The notes beneath the pieces were generated by a model. It was not told where the DNA came from, made no database searches, and saw nothing but the letters and a program-made list of their open reading frames with translations. The position numbers and the translations under genes were made by a program. From an uncultured Alphaproteobacteria bacterium (GTDB taxonomy: Bacteria > Pseudomonadota > Alphaproteobacteria > JAJFIK01): a stretch of DNA of 55,445 nt. This document shows positions 1 through 10,718 of the stretch, piece by piece; within the stretch, counting starts at the first letter, position 1; each line of letters opens with the position of its first letter. The stretch spans positions 1-55,445 of the forward strand of contig CAZHDI010000005.1 of NCBI GenBank assembly GCA_964531285.1, given 5' to 3'.

Positions 1-1309
1 AGGCTTCGGACAGCACCTTGAAGGCAAAGCGCGTGGAAATTCCGGTCATCCCCTCATCGACGCCGCCGGCATCGCGATATTCCTGAACCGACTTGGCCTT
101 CGGGTCGGTGTCCTTCAGCTTCTCGCCGTCATAGACCCGCATCTTTGAATAGACATTCGAATTGTCGTGTTCCTTCAGCCGGGTCATGACCGAGAACCGC
201 GCCAGCATTTTCAGCGTCTCGGGCGCACAGGCGGCGGTATTCAACTCGCTCCCCGCAAGGAGCTTTTCATAGATCTGAGTCTCTTCAGTCACCCGCAGGC
301 AGTAGGGCACATTGATCACGCAGATGCGGTCCAGGAACGCCTCGTTGTTCTTGTTCGCTTTGAACACGGACCATTCGGCCTCATTGGAGTGCGCCAGAAT
401 GGTGCCCTGGAAGGGCAGAGGCCCGAGCGCTTCGGTGCCCGTGTAATTGCCTTCCTGTGTTGCCGTCAAAAGCGGATGCAGCACCTTGATCGGCGCCTTG
501 AACATCTCGACGAATTCGAGCATGCCCTGATTGGCCCGGCACAGTCCGCCGGAATAAGAATACGCGTCCGCGTCGTGCTGGGCATAATGCTCCAGCTTGC
601 GGATATCCACCTTGCCGACAAGCGCCGAGATATCCTGATTGTTTTCATCGCCCGGTTCGGTCTTGGCAATGGCGATCTGCTTGAGCTTCGACGGGTACAG
701 ACGAACCACCTCGAATTTCGAGATATCGCCGTCGAATTCGTCCAGGCGCTTGACCGCCCAGGGCGACATGATGCCGCTCAGGCGCCGCCGTTCGACGCCG
801 TATTTGTCTTCCAGAACATCCGCCATCGGACCGCCGGGCTGAAACAGGCCCAGGGGCGATTCGAACACAGGGCTGATCTGGTCGCCCGCCTTGAGCACAT
901 AAATCGGATGCACCTGCATCAGATCCTTCAGGCGCTCGGCGAGAGACGATTTGCCGCCGCCGACGGGCCCGAGCAGATACAGAATCTGCCGGCGTTCCTC
1001 CAGGCCTTGAGCGGCATGGGTGAAATAACCGACGATCCGCTCGATTGTGTCTTCCATGCCGAAAAAGCCGGAGAACGACGCGTAAAGCTTGATCGTCCGG
1101 TTAAAGAAGATCCGCGAGAGCCGTTCGTCCCGGGATGTATCGACCATGTCCGGTTCGCCGATGGCCGCGATCATCCGTTCCGCCGAGCTGGCGACCATCA
1201 TGGGATCGTCACGGGCGCCGAGGAGGAAGTCCCGCAGGGACATGGCCTCCTGCTTTTCCCGGGCATAGGCCTCGCTGAAGAGTTCGAAAACGTCTTTGTC
1301 CATGCTCAT
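1..1309 (-). CDS. prkA: PrkA family serine protein kinase, N-terminal ~436 aa (3' end lies beyond window start)
   Basis: Absent from the ORF track because it is open at the window edge. My translation of the minus strand from the ATG at 1307-1309 gives MSMDKDVFELFSEAYAREKQEAMSLRDFLLGARDDPMMVASSAERMIAAIGEP...ILYLLGPVGGGKSSLAERLK (P-loop)...GLCRANQGMLEFVEMFKAPIKVLHPLL. This is the PrkA/YeaG AAA+ region. The + ORF 167..1600 is its antisense shadow. Confidence 0.85.
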   Translation of the reverse strand, partial: MSMDKDVFELFSEAYAREKQEAMSLRDFLLGARDDPMMVASSAERMIAAIGEPDMVDTSRDERLSRIFFNRTIKLYASFSGFFGMEDTIERIVGYFTHAAQGLEERRQILYLLGPVGGGKSSLAERLKDLMQVHPIYVLKAGDQISPVFESPLGLFQPGGPMADVLEDKYGVERRRLSGIMSPWAVKRLDEFDGDISKFEVVRLYPSKLKQIAIAKTEPGDENNQDISALVGKVDIRKLEHYAQHDADAYSYSGGLCRANQGMLEFVEMFKAPIKVLHPLLTATQEGNYTGTEALGPLPFQGTILAHSNEAEWSVFKANKNNEAFLDRICVINVPYCLRVTEETQIYEKLLAGSELNTAACAPETLKMLARFSVMTRLKEHDNSNVYSKMRVYDGEKLKDTDPKAKSVQEYRDAGGVDEGMTGISTRFAFKVLSEA

Positions 1310-2254
1310 GATCCGTCCACTTTCATCCCGGGCCCGGTCACCAGTCCGGGTGCCTGGCCGGCCCGCCGCCTTCATTCCGCACCGGGGGCGATGCCCCAGC
1401 AACCGGACGAAGGCGCAGGCCGGCGATGCGCTCGCCCCCCGAAACCCCTCAGAAACTCTCGCCGCCGGCGACCGGCCCTTACCGGGCCGTCCAACGCCGT
1501 CGGATTCGCGTCTGTTTCCTCAGTATGCCGCGCAAGGAGCGTTGCGGCGCCCCTTGTCGGGTCATGCGCGAATCTAGCGTGCGCATGGTTAATGGCTTGA
1601 AAATGGCGCTGATCCGGACAAAAGCCGGATCCGATCCCTGATGATTGCGGCTTGATCCGTCAAGGGCTGAGCCCCCGGTGCCGCTTAATGGTCTGTATCG
1701 AGACCGGACGATGCGATTATAAAGCCCAGATCGGACATCGCCGTGGGCCGTCTGGCTACCGCCGGACCGGCCGGACCCACTGGCGCCGGCAAAAGTAAAG
1801 ATGCGCTCGAGCAAAGGGGTGGTTTGGACCGTAACCGGTGAGCGCCGGCGGGAAGCGTCAATGCCAGCGGAGCCGCAGTGTGGAATGATCACCGTGACGA
1901 TCTCGGTCAAATGCCACCGTCTCCTTTAATACGAATACAAAGCATATCACGCCATCAAGGGTCTGTCTTGTGTAAATGCTATTGCTCAGCGTGCGGCATT
2001 CAAGGGCGGGGCATGAATCTTGCCGATGTTTCAATTGACTGCGCCGTCCGGAAACACGCTCGTGTGAGCACGAAGAGTGTTTACCAAACGCCGCAAAGGG
2101 GCCTCTTTCTGGCACGTCCTTCGCCGTAATCGAGGCGGTCAATGGCAGGACGGACGGGAACGGGGATTGGAACGGATCGGCCACCGGCGCGCCGGGTACG
2201 AACGGTCCCTGATCGGGACGCGCCGGCTGGCGGAACAAGAGGTTGGAAGCTGTC

Positions 2255-2887
2255 ATGATCGTGATCCGGAAAGCGGCGGCGGGGGATGCACTGGCCATGG
2301 GCGCGCTCTATGTGCGCGTTTGGCAGGACACCTATCCCAGCATTCTGCCCAATGACGTGCTGCTCTCCATGTGTCCGGAAAAAGCCGCTGCCCGGTGGAG
2401 CGATGTGATCGCGGTCGCGGGTGGCCGGCGCGGCGCGGTCGTGGCCGAGGATGAGGCCACTGGCGAACTGGTCGGTCTGGCGAGTTTCGGTCCCAACCGC
2501 GAAGCGGGCCTCGCCTTCGCCGGTGAGATCTACACGCTGTATGTCGATATTGATGCGCAAGACCTCGGCGTGGGCCGGGCGCTGCTGCGGTCGGCCTTTA
2601 CCGGGATCGTCGCGGCCGGGTCGCGGACAGCGGTTGCCTGGACGCTCAGCCACAATCAGCACCGGTTCTTCTATCCGGCGGTCGGTGCCCGCGAGGCAGC
2701 CCGCAAAACCGGACAGATCGGCGGCATGCCGGTCGCGCTGTCGGCTTATGGCTGGGACGATCTGCCGGCCTGGCTCGTTGCCCTGGCGCGGGACGGGCGC
2801 CATGCCAAGCGGCCCGAAAGCGGTCCTGGCGGGGCCGGGCGACCGGGCGGCGTGGGGGATGTGCCGGACACGGCGCATCGCTCCTGA
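2255..2887 (+). CDS. GNAT family N-acetyltransferase with Gly/Pro/Arg-rich C-terminal tail
   Basis: Frame of ORF 2243..2887. The ATG at 2255 follows GAGG at about -12. Acetyl-CoA binding-like motif 'QDLGVGRALLRSAF'. Start MIVIRKAAAGDA is typical of a GNAT N-terminus. Confidence 0.75.
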   Translation: MIVIRKAAAGDALAMGALYVRVWQDTYPSILPNDVLLSMCPEKAAARWSDVIAVAGGRRGAVVAEDEATGELVGLASFGPNREAGLAFAGEIYTLYVDIDAQDLGVGRALLRSAFTGIVAAGSRTAVAWTLSHNQHRFFYPAVGAREAARKTGQIGGMPVALSAYGWDDLPAWLVALARDGRHAKRPESGPGGAGRPGGVGDVPDTAHRS

Positions 2888-2918
2888 CGCCGCTGGCGGT
2901 CATTCGGGAAGCGGGTGA

Positions 2919-3434
2919 TCAGCCGTCGGACAGACCGCGCGGGGCGGAAAAATCGCTCAGGCGGGCCGTGCCCTCCCCAACATCGCGCCAGGAGGCCACA
3001 TCCATGGTCAGCATGGCCAGGGCCGCCGTCGGCATCACCTGAGTTTGCTGCGTGTTTTCGCCCTTGCGGGTTGTCAGCAGCAGCACCGCGTCCTCAAGCC
3101 CCGGATTGTGGCCGATCCACAGCACCGCGGCGAAGCGGTCGTCGATCTCGCGGGCGCGCATGATGATGCTGTCGGCGGAGGCCAGATAAAGGCCGTCCTC
3201 GATCCGGGTCGGTAAATCCAGGCCGATGAACGGCTTGATCAGCGACAGCGTCTCCAGGGTGCGCCGGGCCGAGGAACACAGCACCAGATCCGGCGCATAG
3301 CCCTTCGATTTCATATATTCGCCCATGACCGGCGCGGAGCGCAGCCCGCGCGGATTGAGCGGGCGGTCGAAGTCATCCAGCATCGGGTCATTCCAGGACG
3401 ACTTGGCATGGCGCAGCAAAAAGAGCGTCTTCAT
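2919..3434 (-). CDS. histidine phosphatase family protein (SixA-like)
   Basis: ORF 171 aa. N-terminal 'LFLLRHAKSSW' carries the RHG-type catalytic motif. A later 'GHNPGLED' motif is typical of the SixA / phosphoglycerate-mutase-like superfamily. Confidence 0.75.
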   Translation of the reverse strand: MKTLFLLRHAKSSWNDPMLDDFDRPLNPRGLRSAPVMGEYMKSKGYAPDLVLCSSARRTLETLSLIKPFIGLDLPTRIEDGLYLASADSIIMRAREIDDRFAAVLWIGHNPGLEDAVLLLTTRKGENTQQTQVMPTAALAMLTMDVASWRDVGEGTARLSDFSAPRGLSDG

Positions 3435-3588
3435 CGCGAACCCGTCTCATCCATCCCCGTCCGGCCCGGCGCCCGTCCCCCGCCGCATCCCAGGGCCTCG
3501 GCCAGAGAGTCGGGCATTTCCGGCCCTCCGTCCAGGGGCAATCCATGCCGGGGCGCGCGCAAAAGATCCCCCAGGATTGATGCCGGGC

Positions 3589-4389
3589 TTATCGCCGGAA
3601 CGGCAATAACAGGGTCCACATCAGCCCGTCCGCATCCGGGCCGCGCTCGGCGTCGAGACCGACGGTCATGCCCCGATGGCCCGCTTCCGGCGCTGCCCGA
3701 TAGGTGCCGAACAGGCGGTCCCAGACCGACAGGCCCACGCCGTAATTACTGTTCTGCTCGGGCGCCGCGACCGAATGGTGAACCCGGTGCATGTCGGGCG
3801 TCACAACAACGCGCCGGACCAGGGTTTCCAGACCCCGCGGCAGGCGGACATTGCCGTGGTGGAACATGGCGAGGCCGTTGAACAGGACCTCATAGATCAC
3901 GATGACGACCGGAGCGATACCGAGTGCCACGGCCAGACCGGTCTTCACCAGCAGCGACAACAGCGACTCGATCGGGTGGATCCGCAGCGCCGTGGTGACA
4001 TCCACATCCCGGTCGGCATGGTGGACCCGGTGCACACGCCACAACACCGGCGCGCGGTGCAGCGCCACATGGAGCCCGTAGAGCGCCAGGTCGAGAGCCA
4101 GGAGCCCCAGCGCGATTTCCACCCAGCCCGGCGCCGCGAGGCTGTTGAGCAGCCCAACCCCATGGGACCCCGCCCAGCCGGCCGCGCCCATGGCCATGAG
4201 CGGCCCGACAAGGCGCAACGTCGCAGTGTTGATCACCAGAAACATGATGTTGGTCAGCCAGCGCCGGCCCCGGTTGGCGATCAGAATGCGGCACGGCGCC
4301 GTCAGCTCCCAAAGCGCCATCGCTGACAGAATCGCCAGGAAACCGGCGATCTGAAGCGAGACTTCATAACCTTGGACGTTGCTGAACAC
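3589..4389 (-). CDS. sterol desaturase / fatty acid hydroxylase superfamily membrane protein
   Basis: ORF 266 aa with several hydrophobic helices. Histidine boxes 'HRVHHAD' and 'MHRVHHS' match the di-iron FA_hydroxylase family. GTG start, exact start uncertain. Confidence 0.7.
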   Translation of the reverse strand: MFSNVQGYEVSLQIAGFLAILSAMALWELTAPCRILIANRGRRWLTNIMFLVINTATLRLVGPLMAMGAAGWAGSHGVGLLNSLAAPGWVEIALGLLALDLALYGLHVALHRAPVLWRVHRVHHADRDVDVTTALRIHPIESLLSLLVKTGLAVALGIAPVVIVIYEVLFNGLAMFHHGNVRLPRGLETLVRRVVVTPDMHRVHHSVAAPEQNSNYGVGLSVWDRLFGTYRAAPEAGHRGMTVGLDAERGPDADGLMWTLLLPFRR

Positions 4390-4460
4390 GGGTTGACGCT
4401 CCGAAGCCGCGGACTGACGAATGGCAAAGCGGGCAGTCTGCGTCGGAACTGACCCCGCGC

Positions 4461-4877
4461 CTAGAGGGTCATATGACGCGCACGGGCGCTGCGTTCGATG
4501 GCCCCGGCATAAAGCCGGTCGATTTCCAGGGTGTGACGGATCAGCTCAAGGACCCGCAGTTCTTCCTGACCGAGCTTGTTGTCGGCGGTCGCAACCTCCA
4601 CGGCGACGGCATAAGCGGTCTCGTGGAGCTTTTTCGGCAGGGCTTCCTTCGCGAGGCCCAGAACCGCCTGCAACCCGCCATCCTGCTCTTCCATGATCGC
4701 CCCGCACTCCTCGGCGACCCGCACAAGCTTCTCTTTGTCGAAGTCGGCAAAAACGGGAAGCTTGGTAACGGTCTCCCCGATGGTGCGCAGCTCTTCGTCG
4801 GTCATACCGCCATCGGCGGCCGAAACGATCACCATCAAATAGATGAGCGCGGCATGGTGGGTGATGGTCTGGGTCAT
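4461..4877 (-). CDS. TerB family (tellurite-resistance-like) protein
   Basis: ORF 138 aa. 'LMVIVSAADGGMTDEELRTIGE' and 'EVATADNKLGQEELRVLELI' are the two repeated acidic helix pairs typical of the TerB fold. Confidence 0.65.
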   Translation of the reverse strand: MTQTITHHAALIYLMVIVSAADGGMTDEELRTIGETVTKLPVFADFDKEKLVRVAEECGAIMEEQDGGLQAVLGLAKEALPKKLHETAYAVAVEVATADNKLGQEELRVLELIRHTLEIDRLYAGAIERSARARHMTL

Positions 4878-4970
4878 CGCTCTGTCCTGTGCCGTGATGG
4901 CGGATCGTGCGCCGGAAGGAGGGCGCCGCGCCGCGGGAGCCCGCGTCTTGCCGTGTTGACGGGGCGGAAA

Positions 4971-7886
4971 TTAGGCAATCGCCGCGGTGCCTGCAAGGGG
5001 CGCGGGCGGGCCCGCGGCGACGGGGGAGGGCCCGACCGTCTCGCGCACGGCGGCCACGGCCTCGGCAAGGCCCATGCGCTCGATCGCGAGCCCGGCGGGA
5101 AAGGCCGTCGCCAGCCGCGAGGGCAGGCGGGAATCCAGCATGACGAACACGCCCCGGTCGCCGGGGCCGCGCACGAGCCGGCCATAGGCCTGTTTCAGGC
5201 GCAGCCGGGTCAAGGCGTCGTCATAGGTCCGGCCGCCGAAATGGGCGCGCCGGGCCTTGTGCAGGATATCCGGTCGCGGCCAGGGCACCCGGTCGAAGAC
5301 GATCAGCCGCAGGGACTCCCCAGGCACATCGACGCCGTCGCGCAGCGCATTGGTCCCCAACAGACAGGCATTGGTCTCGGCCCGGAAGATATCGACCAGG
5401 GTCGCCGGGTCCATCGCATCCACATGCTGGGCATAGAGCGGCAAGCCGCCGGCCTCGAGCGGTTCGGCGATCCGGTCATGGACCGCGCGCAGGCGCCGGA
5501 TCGCGGTAAAAAGGCCCATGGCGCCGCCGCCCGCCGCCTTGAACAATTCGCGATACGCCGCCGCCAACTGGTCCATGGCATTCTGCGCCAGATCCCGGAC
5601 GACGATCACCCGGGTCTGCGCCTTGTAATCGAACGGCGAGGCGATGCTGGCGCGGGTCAGCAGGGCCGGGGCCAGATGCCGGGCGCCGGTGCGGATATCG
5701 GCACTGGCCCAGGAGTCGTCTTCCTGCGGACGATCCGCGTCTTCCGCCGCCGCGGCGGCGTCGCCGTCATCGCCTTCATCGCGCAAGGTCGCCGACGTAA
5801 TGAGCACGCCGTGGGCCGGGCGCACGACCGCATCCACAAAGGCGGCCATCGGGTCGACATGGCGCCGGTGCATGGCGATGTCGTAGACCCGTCCCGCGCT
5901 GCGCTCCAAAGCAAACCAATCCACATAGGCCTCGGGCGTCGCGCTGGCCAAAGTCGCCAGCATGGCGCGCCAGGCCGGGATCGTCAGATGGGCGCGCCGG
6001 TCGAGCCCGCGCGTGGTGGCTTCGATGCGCAGCCGGGTCGGTGTGTCGAGATCGGCGGCCTCGTCGTCGAGCCGGGCGCGCAGGCCTTCGCTCAATCGGC
6101 CAAGCGGCACGGCCAGATCGTCGAGCGCGGCGCTGAGGCGTCCGGCGGCGTCGAGCAAGTCATCCGGTACCGGATGAATATCGGACTCCAGGCCGAATTG
6201 CGGCGAATCCGGCGTGGCGGCCCGCGCTTCCACATGGCGGCGCACAAGGGTAAAGAACGCCTCGGCCGGGCCGCGCGCACCACCCTCCTGGCCGCGCATG
6301 GCCCAACCTTCCTGGGGCAGGGACCGGGCCGCATCCACCGCATCGAGAAGGGCCTGGTCCACCGCGTCCTCACCGCCCGTCAGATCGCCGATCCGCTCGG
6401 GCAGCCCGCGTCCGCGCCGCGCCCGGCCCTCGGGACCGCGGATCCAACGGCGCAGTTCGGCCGCTTCCGCCGCGCTCAAGGTCGCGCCGAACGCGGCGTC
6501 GGCGGCATCGAACAGGTGATGGCCCTCATCGAACACCAGCCGCAGGCGCCGCTCCGCCCCCTGATCGTTTTCCTCGCCGCGCACCGTCGCCAACGCCCGG
6601 TCGAGCGCGGCCTGATGCATCACCAATGCATGGTTCGCGACCACCAGATGGGCATGGCGGGCTTTGCGCACCGCCCGCTCGATGGTGCATTTGCGGTAAT
6701 GGGGGCAGGCGGCATAGATGCATTCGCCCCGCCGGTCGGTCAGGCCCGGCGTGCCCGGCGATCCGTGAACGAGACCCGGCGCGGTGAGCCAGGACGGAAA
6801 GTCCCCGCCCACCATATCGCCGTCGCGGCTTGCCTCCAGCCAGCGCGCGACGAGGCCCAGCGCCACCGCATCCTCGCCGGCCCCGGAGGCGGCCCGGCGC
6901 GCGGCGTCCTCGAAATTGAGCAGACACAGATAATTCTCCCGGCCCTTGCGAATCACCGCCCGGCGGGATTTGTCCAGGGGATCGGGATAGACCCGGCTGA
7001 GTTCCTGATCGATCTGACGTTGAAGATTCTTGGTGAAGGTGGACACCCACGTTCCCGGTCCGTTTTTCTCCGCCCACAGACTGGCCGGAGCGAGATAGCC
7101 GAGCGTCTTGCCGATGCCCGTGCCCGCTTCGGCCAGCACCACGGGGGGCTCGCCCGGTGTATCGCGCGGCGTGAAGGACTGGGCCACCGTGGCGGCATAG
7201 CGGTCCTGGCCGGGGCGCAGAGCTTGATCCGCTCCCAGAAGACCGGTTAGCCGGTCGATGACGGCGGCTTCGGGCAACGGGTCCGACTGGCGCCCGCCCT
7301 GGGGCGCGCGGTCCTCCCATTCGGGCAGGCGCGACCAGACATCGAGCCCGCCCAAGGTCTGGGAGCCCGGCGGGGTGCCGAGCACTGCCGTAACGTAAGG
7401 CGCCCAGGCCCATCCGGCCTTGCCCATGGTCGCGGCGACGGCGGCGGCACGGTCTTTGTGCGGATAATCGGCTTGGCCGAGGCGCGTCAGCAGGGCATGG
7501 GCGGCGGCGACCAGCGCGACCGCCTCGTCCTCGGGCGACTCGGGCGGATCGAGATCCAGGGCCTCGGCAAGCCCCGCGGCGGTCGGCAGGCAGAAGCGCG
7601 CGGGGCAGACAAAGGCGAACAATTCGGTGAGGTCGTAGAGGCTCGCGCGCCGGACCGGGCGCGGGCGCCCCAGCCGCTGCGCGAGAAACCCGGTATGGCA
7701 AACCATCAGCGGCTCCGAGGCGATCGCCGCGCCGGCCTCGGCCCGGCCGATCTCGCGCACCTCGCCGTCGGGCGTGACCAGCACCGCATGACCGGTCGCC
7801 AGCGCCAGCGCGGGCACATCCGGCAGGGCGGGGCCGGCGGGCGAGGGGGCGCAGTCCGGGTAAGGAAAATCAGAATCGCTTGCCAT
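4971..7886 (-). CDS. ATP-dependent DNA helicase, DinG/XPD (Rad3-like) family with Fe-S cluster cysteines and ~250-aa N-terminal extension
   Basis: ORF 971 aa. Walker A '[13 protein letters not shown]'. Four Cys between motifs I and II ('NYLCLL', '[14 protein letters not shown]'). DEAH-like 'VFDEGHH'. C-terminal helicase_C_2-like region 'GLFTAIRRL...[15 protein letters not shown]'. Confidence 0.8.
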   Translation of the reverse strand: MASDSDFPYPDCAPSPAGPALPDVPALALATGHAVLVTPDGEVREIGRAEAGAAIASEPLMVCHTGFLAQRLGRPRPVRRASLYDLTELFAFVCPARFCLPTAAGLAEALDLDPPESPEDEAVALVAAAHALLTRLGQADYPHKDRAAAVAATMGKAGWAWAPYVTAVLGTPPGSQTLGGLDVWSRLPEWEDRAPQGGRQSDPLPEAAVIDRLTGLLGADQALRPGQDRYAATVAQSFTPRDTPGEPPVVLAEAGTGIGKTLGYLAPASLWAEKNGPGTWVSTFTKNLQRQIDQELSRVYPDPLDKSRRAVIRKGRENYLCLLNFEDAARRAASGAGEDAVALGLVARWLEASRDGDMVGGDFPSWLTAPGLVHGSPGTPGLTDRRGECIYAACPHYRKCTIERAVRKARHAHLVVANHALVMHQAALDRALATVRGEENDQGAERRLRLVFDEGHHLFDAADAAFGATLSAAEAAELRRWIRGPEGRARRGRGLPERIGDLTGGEDAVDQALLDAVDAARSLPQEGWAMRGQEGGARGPAEAFFTLVRRHVEARAATPDSPQFGLESDIHPVPDDLLDAAGRLSAALDDLAVPLGRLSEGLRARLDDEAADLDTPTRLRIEATTRGLDRRAHLTIPAWRAMLATLASATPEAYVDWFALERSAGRVYDIAMHRRHVDPMAAFVDAVVRPAHGVLITSATLRDEGDDGDAAAAAEDADRPQEDDSWASADIRTGARHLAPALLTRASIASPFDYKAQTRVIVVRDLAQNAMDQLAAAYRELFKAAGGGAMGLFTAIRRLRAVHDRIAEPLEAGGLPLYAQHVDAMDPATLVDIFRAETNACLLGTNALRDGVDVPGESLRLIVFDRVPWPRPDILHKARRAHFGGRTYDDALTRLRLKQAYGRLVRGPGDRGVFVMLDSRLPSRLATAFPAGLAIERMGLAEAVAAVRETVGPSPVAAGPPAPLAGTAAIA

Positions 7887-7970
7887 GGACCGAGTATAGA
7901 CGCATTTTCCGGGCCGGTCCGGGTGCCGGACCGCGTTGGATCACAGCACGAGGATAAAGGACACCGAGCA

Positions 7971-9650
7971 ATGGCCGAGCAGACACCCGCCCCCGACACC
8001 GACGCGCTGCGTGCCCTGGCGGCTGACGCCAAGGCCTGGCCGTTCGAGGAGGCGCGTAAGCTGCTCAAACGGCTGGAGGCCAAGCCGGGCAAGACCTCGG
8101 TCCTGTTCGAAACCGGCTATGGGCCGTCGGGCCTGCCGCATATCGGCACCTTCGGCGAGGTCGCGCGGACGGCCATGGTGCGCCATGCGTTTCACATCCT
8201 GGCGCCGGACATCGAAACCCATCTGATCGCCTTTTCCGATGATATGGACGGCCTGCGCAAGGTGCCGCCGCAATTGCCGGAACAGGAGATGCTGACGGCG
8301 CATCTGGGCCGGTCGCTGTCGTCGATTCCGGACCCGTTCGGCACCCATGACAGTTTTTCGGCCCATAACAATGCGCGGCTGTGCGCCTTCCTGGACCGGT
8401 TCGGCTTCGACTACGAATTCGTCAGCTCGACCGCGTACTACACCTCGGGCCGCTTCGATGCCGCCCTGCTGCGCGTGCTGGAATGCTTCGACGCGGTCAT
8501 GGACATTATTCTGCCGACCCTGGGCGAGGAGCGCCGCAAGACCTATTCGCCGTTCCTGCCGGTGTGTCCGAAAACCGGTGTGGTGCTTCAGGTGCCGGTG
8601 ATCGCGCGCGATCTCGAGGCGGGCACGATCACCTATGACGACCCAAATGACAATGAGCGCATGACCGTGCCGGTGACCGGCGGGCATACGAAACTTCAGT
8701 GGAAGGCCGATTGGGCGATGCGCTGGTATGCGCTCCAGGTCGATTATGAGATGGCCGGCAAGGACCTCATCGATTCGGTCAATCTGTCTTCGCGCATCCT
8801 GAAGGTGCTTGGCGGCACGCCGCCGGAGGGGCTGAGCTATGAGCTGTTTCTGGACGAGGGCGGGCAGAAAATCTCCAAAAGCAAAGGCAACGGCCTGACC
8901 ATCGAGGACTGGCTGCGCTATGCCTCGCCGGAGAGCCTGTCGCAATACATGTTCCAGAAGCCGCGCCAGGCCAAGCGGCTGCATTTCGATATTATTCCAA
9001 AGACGGTCGATGAATATCTGACCTTTCTGGAGAAATATCCGGACCAGGACGAGGCGGACCGTCTGTCGAACCCGGTCTGGCACATCCATGGCGGGACGCC
9101 GCCGGCCGCCAGCGTCCCGGTGAGCTTTTCGCTGCTGCTCAATCTGGTCAGCGCGAGCAATTCCGAGGACCGCTCGGTGCTGTGGGGGTTCATTCGTCAG
9201 TATAATGACGCGGTGAGCCCGGAGACGAGCCCGCTGCTGGATCGGCTTGTCGGCTATGCGATCACCTACTACCACGATTTTGTAAAGCCGGCGAAAGCCT
9301 TCCGTGCGCCGAGTGATCGGGAGCGCGCCGCGCTGGAGGATCTGCTCGCCCGGCTCAAAGGGCTGCGCGATGAGCGCCGCAACGATCTCGACGGTGAGGC
9401 GATCCAGAGCGTGGTCTATCAGATCGGCAAGACCCACGGCTTCGATCCGTTGCGGGATTGGTTCAAGGCGCTTTACGAGGTGCTGCTGGGCCAGACGCAA
9501 GGGCCGCGCTTTGGGTCGTTTGTGGCGCTTTACGGGCTCGACAATTCGGTAACCCTGATCGAGCGGGCGCTGGCGGGTGAGGATCTGACGGTCCCGGCTG
9601 CCAAGACGGCGCAAGCCACTTCCGGACAGTCCGCGCCGGGCGCGTCCTGA
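7971..9650 (+). CDS. lysK: lysine--tRNA ligase, class I
   Basis: In-frame ATG at 7971 inside ORF 7458..9650; the upstream part is Arg/Gly-rich and non-protein-like. '[19 protein letters not shown]' is a HIGH variant and '[12 protein letters not shown]' a KMSKS variant. Length about 559 aa. Confidence 0.9.
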   Translation: MAEQTPAPDTDALRALAADAKAWPFEEARKLLKRLEAKPGKTSVLFETGYGPSGLPHIGTFGEVARTAMVRHAFHILAPDIETHLIAFSDDMDGLRKVPPQLPEQEMLTAHLGRSLSSIPDPFGTHDSFSAHNNARLCAFLDRFGFDYEFVSSTAYYTSGRFDAALLRVLECFDAVMDIILPTLGEERRKTYSPFLPVCPKTGVVLQVPVIARDLEAGTITYDDPNDNERMTVPVTGGHTKLQWKADWAMRWYALQVDYEMAGKDLIDSVNLSSRILKVLGGTPPEGLSYELFLDEGGQKISKSKGNGLTIEDWLRYASPESLSQYMFQKPRQAKRLHFDIIPKTVDEYLTFLEKYPDQDEADRLSNPVWHIHGGTPPAASVPVSFSLLLNLVSASNSEDRSVLWGFIRQYNDAVSPETSPLLDRLVGYAITYYHDFVKPAKAFRAPSDRERAALEDLLARLKGLRDERRNDLDGEAIQSVVYQIGKTHGFDPLRDWFKALYEVLLGQTQGPRFGSFVALYGLDNSVTLIERALAGEDLTVPAAKTAQATSGQSAPGAS

Positions 9651-9752
9651 GGCCATTGCGGCCCGGCCGCATCGGTCCGGCGGCCTCTCTCTGCGGTCAA
9701 ACGTGATCGCGGGCGGCTTGCACCGCGCGCCGGTGCCGCTAGGCTGGCCGGC

Positions 9753-10718
9753 ATGTGGCGAATCGGAGCGCAGGGCATGGCGGAAGACGGTCGCGCGGCA
9801 CGCAATTTGATTGCTGGAGCTGCCCTGGTCTGGTCGGCCCTGAAACCGGCGCCGGCCCGATCGGGCAGCGACGGCGGATCCGGCTGCACGCTGACACCGG
9901 CCGCGTCCTTGGTTTTGATCCTGGCCGGTCTGCCGGTCCAGGCCGAGGCCGCGATTCCCGACGCGGCCCTGACGCTCTATGCCCAAGGAGCCTATCTCGA
10001 TGCCGCAGCGCTTGCCGGCGACACCGCCATGCGGGATCGCGATGGCATGGCCGCGGCATTCGCCGCCCGGGCCCGGCTGGCCCAAATCACCGTCGCGCCT
10101 TTCGCCGGGGATGCCGGCCGTATTCTCGAGACAGCTGAGAGCGATGCGCGCCGTGCCGTGGACCTTGCGCCCGATTTGCCCGAAGGTCATCTCCAGCTCG
10201 CCATCGCCCTGGGGTACAAGGCGCGGCGCTCCGGCTCCATCGCGGCCCATGTCCAGGGCCTCGCGACGCAAGCTCGCGAGCATATCGACATCGCGCTCGG
10301 TCTGGACCCGGACAATCCGTTTGCCCATGCGGTGCTCGGCGGCTGGCATCTGGAAATCGTGACCCGCGCCGGCGCCTCGCTGGCGGGCCTTCTTTATGAT
10401 GCGTCCCTCGAGGCCGGCGAAGCCGCCTTTGCCCGCGCCCGCGCCCTCGACCCCAAAACGGTGCTCTTCGATGTGCAATATGCCGTCGCTCTCCTCTCGC
10501 TCGACCCCCGAGCCCACGGGGACGCGGCCGAGGCGGCCATCGCCACCGCGTTGCGCAAATCCCCGGCGGATGCGCTCGAGACCTTTATGCTCGATATGGC
10601 GGCCGATTTGCGGGCACTGATCGACCGGGGGCGGATCACCGCCGTTACGGAGCGTATCGCCCGGTTTCAAGGGATCCGTGTGCAGAGCACGAGCGCGTTT
10701 CCCGAATCGACCCGGTGA
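9753..10718 (+). CDS. hypothetical secreted TPR-like/all-helical protein
   Basis: ORF 321 aa. Signal-like 'LVLILAGLPVQAEA|AIPD'. The rest is Ala/Leu-rich helical repeats ('DLAPDLPEGHLQLAIALGY', 'LGLDPDNPFAHAVLGGWH'). True start uncertain. Confidence 0.5.
   Translation: MWRIGAQGMAEDGRAARNLIAGAALVWSALKPAPARSGSDGGSGCTLTPAASLVLILAGLPVQAEAAIPDAALTLYAQGAYLDAAALAGDTAMRDRDGMAAAFAARARLAQITVAPFAGDAGRILETAESDARRAVDLAPDLPEGHLQLAIALGYKARRSGSIAAHVQGLATQAREHIDIALGLDPDNPFAHAVLGGWHLEIVTRAGASLAGLLYDASLEAGEAAFARARALDPKTVLFDVQYAVALLSLDPRAHGDAAEAAIATALRKSPADALETFMLDMAADLRALIDRGRITAVTERIARFQGIRVQSTSAFPESTR

Noticed and set aside
855-870. tRNA T-loop-like GTTCGAATC matches, here on the minus strand and also at 49229-49238
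   Set aside because: Both lie inside well-supported coding regions (prkA and the OMP gene). Neither has flanking acceptor or anticodon stem complementarity.
167-1600. 477-aa + strand ORF covering the first 1.6 kb
   Set aside because: The sequence is Arg/Gly/His-rich and non-protein-like. It lies exactly antisense to a clean PrkA reading frame, so it is a shadow ORF typical of high-GC DNA.
2110-2124. Sigma-54-like TGGCACG-N4-TCGC element as a confident promoter call
   Set aside because: There is one mismatch in the -12 element. No enhancer-binding protein gene or UAS is evident, and the downstream gene is an ordinary GNAT. I kept it only as a note within the 1310-2254 finding.
7915-7933. Perfect 8-bp hairpin CGGTCCGG-GTG-CCGGACCG in the helicase/lysK divergent spacer as an attenuator or T-box-like leader
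   Set aside because: It is too short and has no specifier or antiterminator features. T-box control is not expected in Alphaproteobacteria. It is probably an incidental GC-rich stem.
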